This document shows positions 22,237-31,718 of a DNA stretch of 61,575 nucleotides, one piece after another (positions within the stretch are counted from its first letter, which is position 1; the number at the start of each line of letters is the position of its first letter). The stretch lies in NCBI GenBank assembly GCA_030167865.1, contig JALAGF010005673.1:1-61575 (forward strand), read 5' to 3'. Made by a program: the position numbers and the translations under genes. The notes beneath the pieces are model-generated. The model had not been told where the DNA came from and did no database searches. It worked only from the letters and a program-made list of their open reading frames with translations. The DNA comes from Craspedostauros australis (Eukaryota).

Positions 22237-25191
22237 TCATGGATAAGTGAAGGACACGGCGATTTCGCTGCCCGCCTCCAGCGCTTCGTAAGCCGCTTGG
22301 GCCTGCGACAAGGTCATAGTCTTGCTGATCAACCGCGATGGTCGTATCTGGCGCACCAGTTCCCAAGTCAATGCAAATCGCCGTTCCTTCGTCCACAAAC
22401 CCAATAACTGTGCCGGTATCGTGCTGACCTGCGATGTCATCAACGTCTTGTGACTGCGATGAAAGTCGATGCCCAGTTTCAACGGCACTGTGTCGTTGCC
22501 GTACCACGAACCAATCACGACGCGGCCACCATCGGCCGTGCAGTCGATGGCCGATTGCAACGCCCGGCCGTTGCCGCTCACCTCGATCGTCACGTCGAAC
22601 GGCTGCATGACAGTCGTGCCCGGCAGCAGGGCTTGCGTGGCACCCATCTTGGACGATGCTGCCAATCGGTCGGGGATCGTGTCGAATGTCGTAATGGTGC
22701 CGAATTTGGCGGAGGTGGTTTGCGATCGTAGGATTGCCGTCACCAACAATCCGATCAACCCTTGTCCGTAAACACCCACCCTTTCTCCCAGACGTACATG
22801 CGCATCATGCACCAAACTCAACGCCGTTTCAACGGATGGCATGAAGATGGCGTCTTGCGGCGCGATGCCATCGGGGACCAGTTGGATGGAATTCACATGC
22901 GTCACCACATGAGTGGCGTGCGGGGAGAATGTGAATACGGTCTTGCCGAGGTATTGTCGGGTGTTGACTGCCGACCCGCAACGAATGATCTTGCCAACGA
23001 GACTGTAACCGTACGACAGTGGGTACATCATGCGCTCTTCATCCATGCCTTGGATGTTGACATCCAACGCGGCGTCCGTATCGAACGTACCCTTGAAGAT
23101 TTTGAGTTCGGTACCGGAGCTGATCAAAGAGCAAGAGGATTCAATGAGCACCTGATTAGGTTCAAGCTTTGGAATTGGCTGCGGCGCACATGTGACCTTG
23201 CGCGGTGCCACGAACTGAATCTCCGTGCGTGACGAAAGATTGGCGCTCTTTTTCTTTGCTTGGCCAGCTGTTTCTGCTTCTGCTGTGTTGGAGTGCTGGG
23301 ACTTCAGATGGAATAGCAAGTCAACATTGGAGACCTGAATGTTGGGCTCCTGCAGTCGCGCTCGCTGGATCCAACCAACAGCATCCCAACCGCTCTCCAT
23401 CAATCGTGGGCCAGCCGCCGTTGCAAAGAAGTAATTCATGGTATCCTTGAGGTAGGAGTGTTCCTGAGCATCGATCTTCCAGGGTGACGGACCTTGGCAC
23501 ACTAATTCAACGCCATGGTCTTGGAAGGCCTTCACCAATAGTGATGGATCGAGATTGTGACCCATGTCATCCGCAAGAGCTTCCGAATACACCTGAAACG
23601 CATGCGTATCGGATGGAATCATTGCATTGCTTCCACCGTCGTCGTTGTTGTCAGATTTTTCAAACGGTTTCGGTGGCAAGAATTGCGTCGTGCCCGTGAA
23701 TGTGATGGGGAAGTATAGGAGCGTTCCATCATGCTGCTGTTGCAGCAGTTCAAAGCGTTGAATCAAGGAGGATGCCAGCTGGTTTGGGTGGAACAAATCC
23801 GCAAAGCAACACCCCACAATCAGATCCGGTGCCTTGTGTTGCCCCTGTTCTTGCTTGGAATCAAAATCAGACATGCAGATACGCAAGCGCACGCCCAGCT
23901 CTGCATGTTCGTAGATATGCTCTGCATCTGACAGTTGTTGCGTGAGCTGAAATCCCCACAGCTGCACCTTGTTTTGACATTTGTGGAACAGAGCTTTGTT
24001 GGACTCGAAGGCGGTGTATTCCAAACGAATGGTGTTGCCTGAAGACAACGACAAAGGCGGGAGTTCGTTGTCCGGATCCCCAAATAAGAAGATGTGCAAC
24101 ATGGACAACAATCCAGCACCAACATCAACGATGCGCAGCGGACGATCGAGGCGCGCCTTGTTCTGTAAAGCATGCACGACATGTTCGTAGGTCGGCACGT
24201 GGATGGATGCCCGATCGACGACGTTCTTGGATTCCAGATACTGCTCTTGATCGAAGCGGTACGATGTATCGATCAGGCCCGATTGTTTCCAAAGTTCGCG
24301 AAGCAGAGTCTTTCCGTGGGACGGATCGATGTGCACCAGCTCCATGTCGGAGGAAAATGCCTTGCCGATAGTCTCCAAATTGTGCATGGAATCATCGGCA
24401 ACTACGATCGTCGTGTCGGACGTGATGTAGGGGAACTCCGTGTGCGATCCATAGAAGAAGGAGATGGGATCATTCTTCGTGGGATACCCCTTTCGACGAT
24501 CGGGCGTGAAGACAGCACGGAAGTTCGAAGGGTACGAAGGTGACGTGCTATCACCGTACCCCATGTGCTGCAAAACGCGGTCGACATGCGATCGCGGTGA
24601 ATTGGAGGCCAGGAGGATGGGATGCGGAAAGTTCTGCAGAAGGGTGCGCAACGTACGCTCTTCCGTCATCATCTGAGCATGCGAATATCCGGTCGATTGT
24701 TCGTTCATGTCGCGCAGCATCGGAAGCAGATTGGACATGTCGATGGCGTCGCTGGCGTAGACCGTTTCGTAGAAGTGACGCAGCTGCTGTTCTAAATCGT
24801 CGGCCGACAAGGATTTCCACACCGTGTGCCGCAGTCCCTCTACCGTGGAACCGTACGTTCTGTAGAGGTCGTCGGCCTGTTCCTTGGAGATGCCCAAGCG
24901 TTGCTCGCAGTAGGCATGCGTGTTCGCGACGATCTGCCGTTCGATGCCCGCAAATCGTTCCTGGTACAACGTGTTGTCGACATCGAGCACGAGCACTTTC
25001 TTTTGTGACGTGGGTGATTTATTTTTCTCCGGCAAGCATGTGTCGACGTTTGGAGATGAAGATGATGCGGATGCGAAAATAGTTGACGAAGGATGCAAGG
25101 AGAGATCGGTGAACAGCACCAACGTCGCCAGAGCCGATGTCAATGGTCTCCACCGACGGCAAGTGGATGAGATTAGATTGGAAGGAGACAT
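22237..25191 (-). CDS. Three-domain fusion: HAD hydrolase + class I SAM-methyltransferase-like domain + MDR (zinc-binding ADH-like) oxidoreductase, ~984 aa
   Basis: One uninterrupted ORF. HAD motifs LVLDVDNTLY, ASNSP, ADDSMHNL. MTase motifs IVDVGAGLL, DLIVGCCFADL. MDR motifs LISSGTE, YGYSLVG, VYGQGLIG, IEVSGN, IGSWYG. Start taken at MSPSNL, which precedes a hydrophobic leader. Confidence 0.8.
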   Translation of the reverse strand: MSPSNLISSTCRRWRPLTSALATLVLFTDLSLHPSSTIFASASSSSPNVDTCLPEKNKSPTSQKKVLVLDVDNTLYQERFAGIERQIVANTHAYCEQRLGISKEQADDLYRTYGSTVEGLRHTVWKSLSADDLEQQLRHFYETVYASDAIDMSNLLPMLRDMNEQSTGYSHAQMMTEERTLRTLLQNFPHPILLASNSPRSHVDRVLQHMGYGDSTSPSYPSNFRAVFTPDRRKGYPTKNDPISFFYGSHTEFPYITSDTTIVVADDSMHNLETIGKAFSSDMELVHIDPSHGKTLLRELWKQSGLIDTSYRFDQEQYLESKNVVDRASIHVPTYEHVVHALQNKARLDRPLRIVDVGAGLLSMLHIFLFGDPDNELPPLSLSSGNTIRLEYTAFESNKALFHKCQNKVQLWGFQLTQQLSDAEHIYEHAELGVRLRICMSDFDSKQEQGQHKAPDLIVGCCFADLFHPNQLASSLIQRFELLQQQHDGTLLYFPITFTGTTQFLPPKPFEKSDNNDDGGSNAMIPSDTHAFQVYSEALADDMGHNLDPSLLVKAFQDHGVELVCQGPSPWKIDAQEHSYLKDTMNYFFATAAGPRLMESGWDAVGWIQRARLQEPNIQVSNVDLLFHLKSQHSNTAEAETAGQAKKKSANLSSRTEIQFVAPRKVTCAPQPIPKLEPNQVLIESSCSLISSGTELKIFKGTFDTDAALDVNIQGMDEERMMYPLSYGYSLVGKIIRCGSAVNTRQYLGKTVFTFSPHATHVVTHVNSIQLVPDGIAPQDAIFMPSVETALSLVHDAHVRLGERVGVYGQGLIGLLVTAILRSQTTSAKFGTITTFDTIPDRLAASSKMGATQALLPGTTVMQPFDVTIEVSGNGRALQSAIDCTADGGRVVIGSWYGNDTVPLKLGIDFHRSHKTLMTSQVSTIPAQLLGLWTKERRFALTWELVRQIRPSRLISKTMTLSQAQAAYEALEAGSEIAVSFTYP

Positions 25192-25817
25192 GGTCGTTGG
25201 CCTCAAGCTGTTCGGCAGAATTATATGAATGGATGGATGGATTGATGGATGGATTGATGGATAGGGATGCACAGATGAATATATTAGAAGGGATGAATTG
25301 GTGGATGCTGTGGTGAATGGAGTGCAGTGATTGAAACAAAGATGTTGCGTCTTTGGTGTCACAAAAAATGATGTCTTCAAACGATGGTGGCAGCTCATTT
25401 TGGTGTCGTTGATGTGTGTGACGAATCTCCAACCAAGATGCACGAAATTGATTCAGTTGAGTCCATGTGGTCACACAGAGATTTCTTTTGTGCTCAGAAC
25501 CCGATGCGTCCGTCATCCAGTCGATTTTATGTCACAAAATGCGCGTCTTCGTGATGGAAGTGTTCTCGGGTTTTTGGTCCACCACGCACACGTGGTCTTG
25601 TCGGGTCCGTTCAGCAGCAACGTGCGCGCCATGGAGTCTTTCGCGCACCAGCGTGTGAACACAGAACAAAAATGACAATTGGTCGCGAGAGCACAATTGC
25701 TCCGCAGTCACAACTCTCCGACATTGGAAACACGGTCGTGGCCTCTTGCTCTCCGTGTGAGTACTCTATGAACTTGTAGACGTCAATATCAACATCAACC
25801 TCACTCCAAGGTCAACC

Positions 25818-25878
25818 ACACATTGTACACATTGTACACATTGTACACATTGTACACATTGTACACATTGCACACATT
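25818..25878. repeat. 9-bp tandem repeat (ACACATTGT)n, ~6-7 copies
   Basis: Directly visible acacattgt-acacattgt... between the divergent fusion gene and DNAJC2. Confidence 0.95.
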
Positions 25879-26021
25879 CCACAAATACATACAAGTGGAG
25901 TCATACAGCAGCCAATCTCAAAAGGAGCAGGGCAAACCAAGCAAGAACAGGCGACCAAGAACGGGCGACCAAGAACATTCCTCGTGCTGTGCGGTCTATC
26001 AGCGTCTGAATCGACTGCAAG

Positions 26022-27920
26022 ATGGCGTCGTCGTTGATCGTGAAGGTGGCGGATGGACTGGATTGGAAGGTGGCAGCATCCGTGCAGGCACAATGCGGAG
26101 GCAGCGGGTTCTTCCAGCACGGCAGCATCCCCAAGACGCCGGAGGGCTTCCAGGCGTACGCGGAGGGACTGGAGGCAGATGTGAAGCTGGAGGAGGCCAA
26201 CGGCGGCGACGCGGCAACCAACGGCAAAGAGGGCGACAAGGACTACAGATTCCGCGTCGACCTCTTCAACCTCACGGAGAAGCAGCTGGACAAGCTCAAC
26301 TACTACCAGGTGCTGCAGCTGCCCTTCATGGCCCAGCTCACGCCCGATGAGCTGCGCCAGGCGTACCGCAAGGCCTGCCTCAAGTACCATCCCGACAAGT
26401 CCGGTCGCGGGCAGGACGACTTCGTCTTCCTCAAGGTGCAGGCCGCCTTCGAGACGCTCACCAACCAGAAGCAGGCCTACGATTCCACGGAGATGCCCTT
26501 CGACGAGTCCATTCCTTCGGGAGACGAGACCGCCGACGACTTCTTCGACGCCTACGCCATCGTCTTCGAGCGCAACCTGCACTTCGACACGCGTCTGCTC
26601 AACAAGGACGCAAAGAAGGGAGGCAACAACAACGGCAACGGCAACAAGAAACGCCGCAACAGGAAGAACCGCAATAACAACAAGCAGCCGCAGGGCCCGC
26701 CGGCGTTGGGAGATGACGCCACGCCCATCGAGGACGTGCATCGCTTTTACGACTACTGGGCGCACTTCACGACGTGGCGCGATTTCACCATCAAGGCCGC
26801 CAGGGAGCTCGAGACGGAGGACCAGCTGGAGCAGGCCGAGTCGCGCTACGAAAAGCGGTGGTACCAAAGGGAGATCGATCGCCTCGCGAAGAAGCTCAAG
26901 CAGAAGGAGCAGGTCCGAATCACCACGCTCGTGGAACGCGCCATGGCCTCCGATCCAAGATTGAAGGCCGAGAAGCAGCGTCTCATCGACGAGAAGCTCG
27001 CCAAGCAGAAGCAGAAGGAGCAGGCCGCGTTGGACAAGCAACGTCAGGAGCAGGAGGCCAAGGAGGCGGAGGAACGCAAGGCGCAGCTCGAAAAGGAGAA
27101 GCGGGCGCAGGACAAGTTCGCGAGGGAGAAGGAGAAGAAGCTATTCCGAAAGACCAAGCAGGCCTTCCGCCGATCCATCACGGAGGCCCTCCTCGCCACG
27201 TCGCAGAGCGAGCATTCCAGAGCGGAGGATGTAGAACTTGTTTGCGACGAATGGGATCGGGAGGCCATCACGCAGCTCAATCAATCGATTGCCGCCAAGT
27301 CGGGCTCGCCAAATAAGGTCCTCAAGATCTTCACCAGATCGGTCAACAGAATAAAAGGCATCGAGACTCCGCCCGATGATGATGATGACGATGATGACGA
27401 CGACGGTGATGCTGCGAATGGCGGCGCCCCAACTAATGGTGCCCTGCCATCGCCAAAGAAAAAGTCGGACAACAAACCTCAAGTGGTCAAGATCGTTTCC
27501 GTCGTCAAAGAAAAGAAGCCATTCACCAAGGAGGAGCTCTCCGCCTTGGCCAAGGCCGTCAAGAAGTACCCACCGGGCGGTGCCAACCGATGGGATGCGA
27601 TCGCCACCTTCATCAACAACCTCTGCAAACCGCAAGATCCACGAACCAAAGAGCAATGCATCGAAACCTACAACAAGCTTGCCAAGAAGCCAAACAACAA
27701 CAGCAATGCTGCAGCCGCGCCAGCACCAGCCGCCGCACCAGTCGATGGATGGACGGAAGAACAGGACAAGCTGCTGCAGGCCAGTCTTGCCAAGTACCCA
27801 GCCTCGATGGACAAGAACGAACGGTGGACGAGTATCGCCAAGGAGGTGCCTGGCAAAAACAAGAAGGACTGCGTCACTCGATTCAAGGCAATTCGGGATG
27901 CCATCAAGAATAAGAAGTAA
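26022..27920 (+). CDS. DNAJC2: DnaJ homolog subfamily C member 2 (zuotin/MPP11; ribosome-associated complex)
   Basis: J domain with HPD (KYHPDK), zuotin-homology region (FYDYWAHFTTWRDF; AESRYEKRW), charged coiled coil and two SANT/Myb repeats (KYPPGGANRWDAIA; WTEEQDKLLQ...ERWTSIA). Confidence 0.93.
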   Translation: MASSLIVKVADGLDWKVAASVQAQCGGSGFFQHGSIPKTPEGFQAYAEGLEADVKLEEANGGDAATNGKEGDKDYRFRVDLFNLTEKQLDKLNYYQVLQLPFMAQLTPDELRQAYRKACLKYHPDKSGRGQDDFVFLKVQAAFETLTNQKQAYDSTEMPFDESIPSGDETADDFFDAYAIVFERNLHFDTRLLNKDAKKGGNNNGNGNKKRRNRKNRNNNKQPQGPPALGDDATPIEDVHRFYDYWAHFTTWRDFTIKAARELETEDQLEQAESRYEKRWYQREIDRLAKKLKQKEQVRITTLVERAMASDPRLKAEKQRLIDEKLAKQKQKEQAALDKQRQEQEAKEAEERKAQLEKEKRAQDKFAREKEKKLFRKTKQAFRRSITEALLATSQSEHSRAEDVELVCDEWDREAITQLNQSIAAKSGSPNKVLKIFTRSVNRIKGIETPPDDDDDDDDDDGDAANGGAPTNGALPSPKKKSDNKPQVVKIVSVVKEKKPFTKEELSALAKAVKKYPPGGANRWDAIATFINNLCKPQDPRTKEQCIETYNKLAKKPNNNSNAAAAPAPAAAPVDGWTEEQDKLLQASLAKYPASMDKNERWTSIAKEVPGKNKKDCVTRFKAIRDAIKNKK

Positions 27921-28250
27921 GCGCGCACGCAAGCATTAGGCGTGAAGGAGTGCAGCGGAGCGGAGTGAAGTCTCGCGTGTGATGTGGAAGAGCGGTGCCA
28001 TCCAATTTCTATGCACGGGCATGGTGTGGTCGGAGCACCGCTGTGCATTCTCTTCGTAGAGTACGTAAGCTAGAGAGAGAGAAGAAAGCATACTACATTA
28101 CGAGTCGCTCGTATGTGTGGTAGGACTCTTGTGGTAGAGTAGAGTGGCAAATACACCTAAAGCACCCCACGAGTATGGAGGGAAGCTGACTGCATGGTAC
28201 TCACACCTGTTTCCATTTTTAACGCTGCGAGCACATCCAACCAACTGGTT

Positions 28251-29708
28251 TCATTCTGTCGCATCTTCTCGCTCCGCCGCCGCGCGATATTGCAACAACG
28301 ACGCCACACAATCCTCCAGATCGCCATCGAGGAATGCCTGCGCATTGGTCGATTCCCACCCGCTGCGCTGATCCTTGATCATCTTGTAGGGATGCAGCAC
28401 GTAGTTGCGCACCTGCTCTCCCCAGCTCGCCGCCACTTGATCGCCGCGGATCTGCCGAATCTCCGCCACGCGCTGCTCGTTGGCGATCGCGAGCAGCTGT
28501 CCCTTCAACCGGATCATCGCTATCTCCTTGTTCAGCGACTGGCTGCGTTCCTGCGTGCACTTGATGTTCAATCCAGATGGTAAATGCTTGATGCGGACGG
28601 CGGAGTTGACCTTGTTGACGTTTTGTCCACCCGCGCCGCCGCTGCGCATGTAGCTGATCTCCAGGTCTTTGTCGGGAATATCGATGTCGAGGATCTGGGA
28701 CTCCATCAGGACGGGGGCGACGTCGACGCCGGCGAATGTGGTCTGGCGCTTGTTGTTGGCGTTGAAGGGTGACAGACGCACCAGCCGGTGGGCGCCTTTT
28801 TCGTTCCGGAACCAACCGAAGGGATGCGGGCCGTCCGTGATGAGCAGCTCGATGCTCTTGTATCCCACCACCTCACCTGTCTGCTCGTCCTCGACCTGTA
28901 CCCTGTATCCCATCTTCTCGGCGTGCCGTCGGTACATGCGCTGCAGGTCGTTGACCCAATCGCAGGCCTCCGTGCCGCCGGCGCCGGCAGTAACAACGAT
29001 GCGGCAGGGCTGATCGTCGTAGGGTCCACTGAGCAGCAGTTCCAGCTGGTATCGTTCGCCATCCTCCAAGAGGGCTGTCGCGATCTCATCGAACTCCTGG
29101 TACATGGCCTGTTGTTCGTCATCCGTGAACAACGACGGATCATCCAGCATTTCCAGTAAAGCCTCGCAATCCTCCTGGTTGCTCTGCCACGTCCTCATGC
29201 GCGTTTGCAGGCGTGTGCATTTGCTGATCTGCGCATTCACCTGCGCGTTGCGTTCCTTGTTGCTGGCATCCCAGAAGGAAGGTTCGCTTGCCTCCGTCTC
29301 CAAATCGCGCAGCATGAGATCCAAGTTGGCTGGCACGGATTGCATGTTCTCCTCCCGCAGTTTGCATGCCGACGCGAAGCATTCCTTGATTCTGCCGAAG
29401 TCCAGTTCGTTGTACTCCGTCGTGGACTTTGTGGATGCATGCAGCTTCGAGAGGTTCCATCTCGCGTCCGTTCTGCTTTGTTGCTGCTGCCACATGGTGG
29501 TCATGATGGTTGGGGACGCAGCGTGGTTTCTGGAAGGCACGTGAAAGCGTGAACTTGGACTCCACGCTTCCACCAGAATGCCACTGGCCGCATTCCTGGA
29601 CGATCCACGCTGCAACATCAATGTGACGCCCCTTTTTCCAACGCCACCATTGTTGCGCAGAAGCATCGCAATCGAAGTGATGATGATGACGAAACGAATG
29701 AATGCCAT
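28251..29708 (-). CDS. prfB: Organellar (likely plastid) peptide chain release factor 2, ~485 aa
   Basis: GAGGTEACDW, EKGAHRLVRLSPF (RF2 SPF tripeptide), SGGAGGQNVNK (GGQ), WGEQVRNYVLHPY. Hydrophobic N-terminal leader. Confidence 0.92.
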   Translation of the reverse strand: MAFIRFVIIITSIAMLLRNNGGVGKRGVTLMLQRGSSRNAASGILVEAWSPSSRFHVPSRNHAASPTIMTTMWQQQQSRTDARWNLSKLHASTKSTTEYNELDFGRIKECFASACKLREENMQSVPANLDLMLRDLETEASEPSFWDASNKERNAQVNAQISKCTRLQTRMRTWQSNQEDCEALLEMLDDPSLFTDDEQQAMYQEFDEIATALLEDGERYQLELLLSGPYDDQPCRIVVTAGAGGTEACDWVNDLQRMYRRHAEKMGYRVQVEDEQTGEVVGYKSIELLITDGPHPFGWFRNEKGAHRLVRLSPFNANNKRQTTFAGVDVAPVLMESQILDIDIPDKDLEISYMRSGGAGGQNVNKVNSAVRIKHLPSGLNIKCTQERSQSLNKEIAMIRLKGQLLAIANEQRVAEIRQIRGDQVAASWGEQVRNYVLHPYKMIKDQRSGWESTNAQAFLDGDLEDCVASLLQYRAAAEREDATE

Positions 29709-30561
29709 CGTTTGGATGATCTTTGGACGATCCTTGATATGTTTTCCTCTGGGCTGGGCTGGGATGTGGTGCGATGCGATGTCCCACGATCGCGACGATG
29801 AATGTGGTGTTGCGGTTCGAGACGTTCCATGTGTGGTCGTGGTTGGTGTGATGGAACCAATCAACGAGTCACGATCAAACGATGTCGTTCGTGACTGGGT
29901 GAATTGGATCGGTAGATCACCTCCAGATTGCGGCGAGAGGCAACGACACCACAAGAGAGATCGATAGAAAGGCAACATGAGCGAGAAGCAGATGCATGCA
30001 AACGAAGCGAACAGAGGGAACAGCCAAACCAGATAGTGCACTCACCTGCGACCTACCAACAAATGTTGTTTTCGAGCAGTGGACTCAACTGTGTTGGATG
30101 AGGACACTGCCTGGCTCTGGTGACAACTAGTAACTCAGAGATGTGCTTGTAACTAAGACACTAAGTTGTGTCTATGATTATGCATGGATCTTTGCTTTGT
30201 TGATTTGGTCCGTGTTCGTTTTGCAACCTGAAGTTTCTCCTCTTGATTTGAAATGTAATCGTGCATCCGTGTTTTGATGTCATTGGTTGGCGGGACTTCA
30301 ATGGAACCAATCAAGCTATTGCTCCGGGATCCGATTCGAAGAATGATGTTGTCTGGAGCGATAGTCGATGCTGCATGTGTTTCCGACCCTCAGATACCAT
30401 GCCGTCTCACAACAAAGCACACTCTGCAGTGGTCTCGTCGACTGACTCCAGGTTGCGTACTGTTCGGGTGCAACTGCTCTTGCCATAACATCATCTCAGT
30501 GAAAACAAGAAACGCAGACGTTTGACTCCCCAACCGCTGCGGACTGCTGAACCCCCAGAGG

Positions 30562-31455
30562 ATGACGACTCCGTTTGAAGATCCGTCGTCCGATACCTCG
30601 ACGCTCATCTTCAAATGCCTCCCCCTGCAGGACCTGATGGGCTGCCAGCAGGTGTGCAAGAAGTGGAAGACCTCACTTCGTGAGAATGATACGGTGTGGT
30701 GTGGATGGAGTGCCGTCATGTCGGAGAACACAACGGTGGTGCCTGACCTGGAGGCTTCAGACAAGCAGGCGAAGAAGAAGCAGAAGACGGAACAGGAGCC
30801 ACCGCCAGCCAAGGGCGCCGGCTACAAGGCTTTCAAGGCCAACTACCTCGAACATGCGTTGTGCATGAACTTCTTGTCGAAGTGCATGAAACTGAGGTTC
30901 GATCGCAAGCGAGTGCAAAGAGTGAAAGCCTTGCAACGTCGATACGATGTGGTATTGCCTCTGAGTCTTCGTCTCTTCTTCATGCGAAACTCCATCAACT
31001 TTCTGGCTAGTAACGGCTATCGATCCGACAATCAATTGGTCAAGATTGTGCGGCTCAAGCCACGCATCGTGGACGACGAGATCCACCTTGTCTTCATGAA
31101 TGACACGGAAGCGACTTTTTTCTATGAGACGCGCTGGCCCTTGTCTCGACGCTACAACCCACCGGTCGATCCACCCGTTTACATCCTGGAACGCAACCCT
31201 CCAGGATTGCCGCGCCATCCCTACAACCGTGATATTTTGAAGGAATCTGGAATTTACGATGATGACGACAGCAGCGACGAAGAAGACGCCTGGCTGAACA
31301 ATGTCGACCATCGGTTGCACAGTCGAAAAACCAAGAAAGTCGAAGGCAAGTTTGCCTCGCATCATTTTTCTGCATTTTGGGTGGGGCTCTCGCAGGCCGA
31401 GGAAGAGAATAACCAAGAGCAGAGCGATGATGATTGGATGGACTTCTACTATTGA
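30562..31455 (+). CDS. F-box protein, possibly with a downstream SMI1/KNR4-like domain
   Basis: N-terminal IFKCLPLQDLMGCQQVCKKW...W matches the F-box pattern. Intronless 297-aa ORF. Confidence 0.7.
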   Translation: MTTPFEDPSSDTSTLIFKCLPLQDLMGCQQVCKKWKTSLRENDTVWCGWSAVMSENTTVVPDLEASDKQAKKKQKTEQEPPPAKGAGYKAFKANYLEHALCMNFLSKCMKLRFDRKRVQRVKALQRRYDVVLPLSLRLFFMRNSINFLASNGYRSDNQLVKIVRLKPRIVDDEIHLVFMNDTEATFFYETRWPLSRRYNPPVDPPVYILERNPPGLPRHPYNRDILKESGIYDDDDSSDEEDAWLNNVDHRLHSRKTKKVEGKFASHHFSAFWVGLSQAEEENNQEQSDDDWMDFYY

Positions 31456-31718
31456 GTTGAGAAGAGCCATAGTCATACTCTCTATGTGTTTAAGGCGCCG
31501 CAGAGAAACGCTCTGAACCCCCCTCTCTCGCTCCTCAGGGAGAAGGTGCAGGCAGATTGTTCTGTCATTGCGTTCGATCAAACGCAGAAGTCTCCCTACA
31601 CACCGCTTAGGACGCTCCGATATGACATTGAGTAACGAAAACTACCACTCGATACTTCATACATGTTGGTAGTTGCGCTCGAGGTCTCTTCAGAATGCAA
31701 TCGATGTTCGATGTCGTT

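Noticed and set aside
25812..27932. Long antisense ORFs (409 aa and 263 aa) opposite DNAJC2
   Set aside because: Shadow ORFs from codon bias of the sense gene; no recognisable motifs.
28251..29708. Programmed +1 frameshift typical of bacterial prfB
   Set aside because: The ORF is continuous, as expected for a nuclear-encoded organellar RF2.
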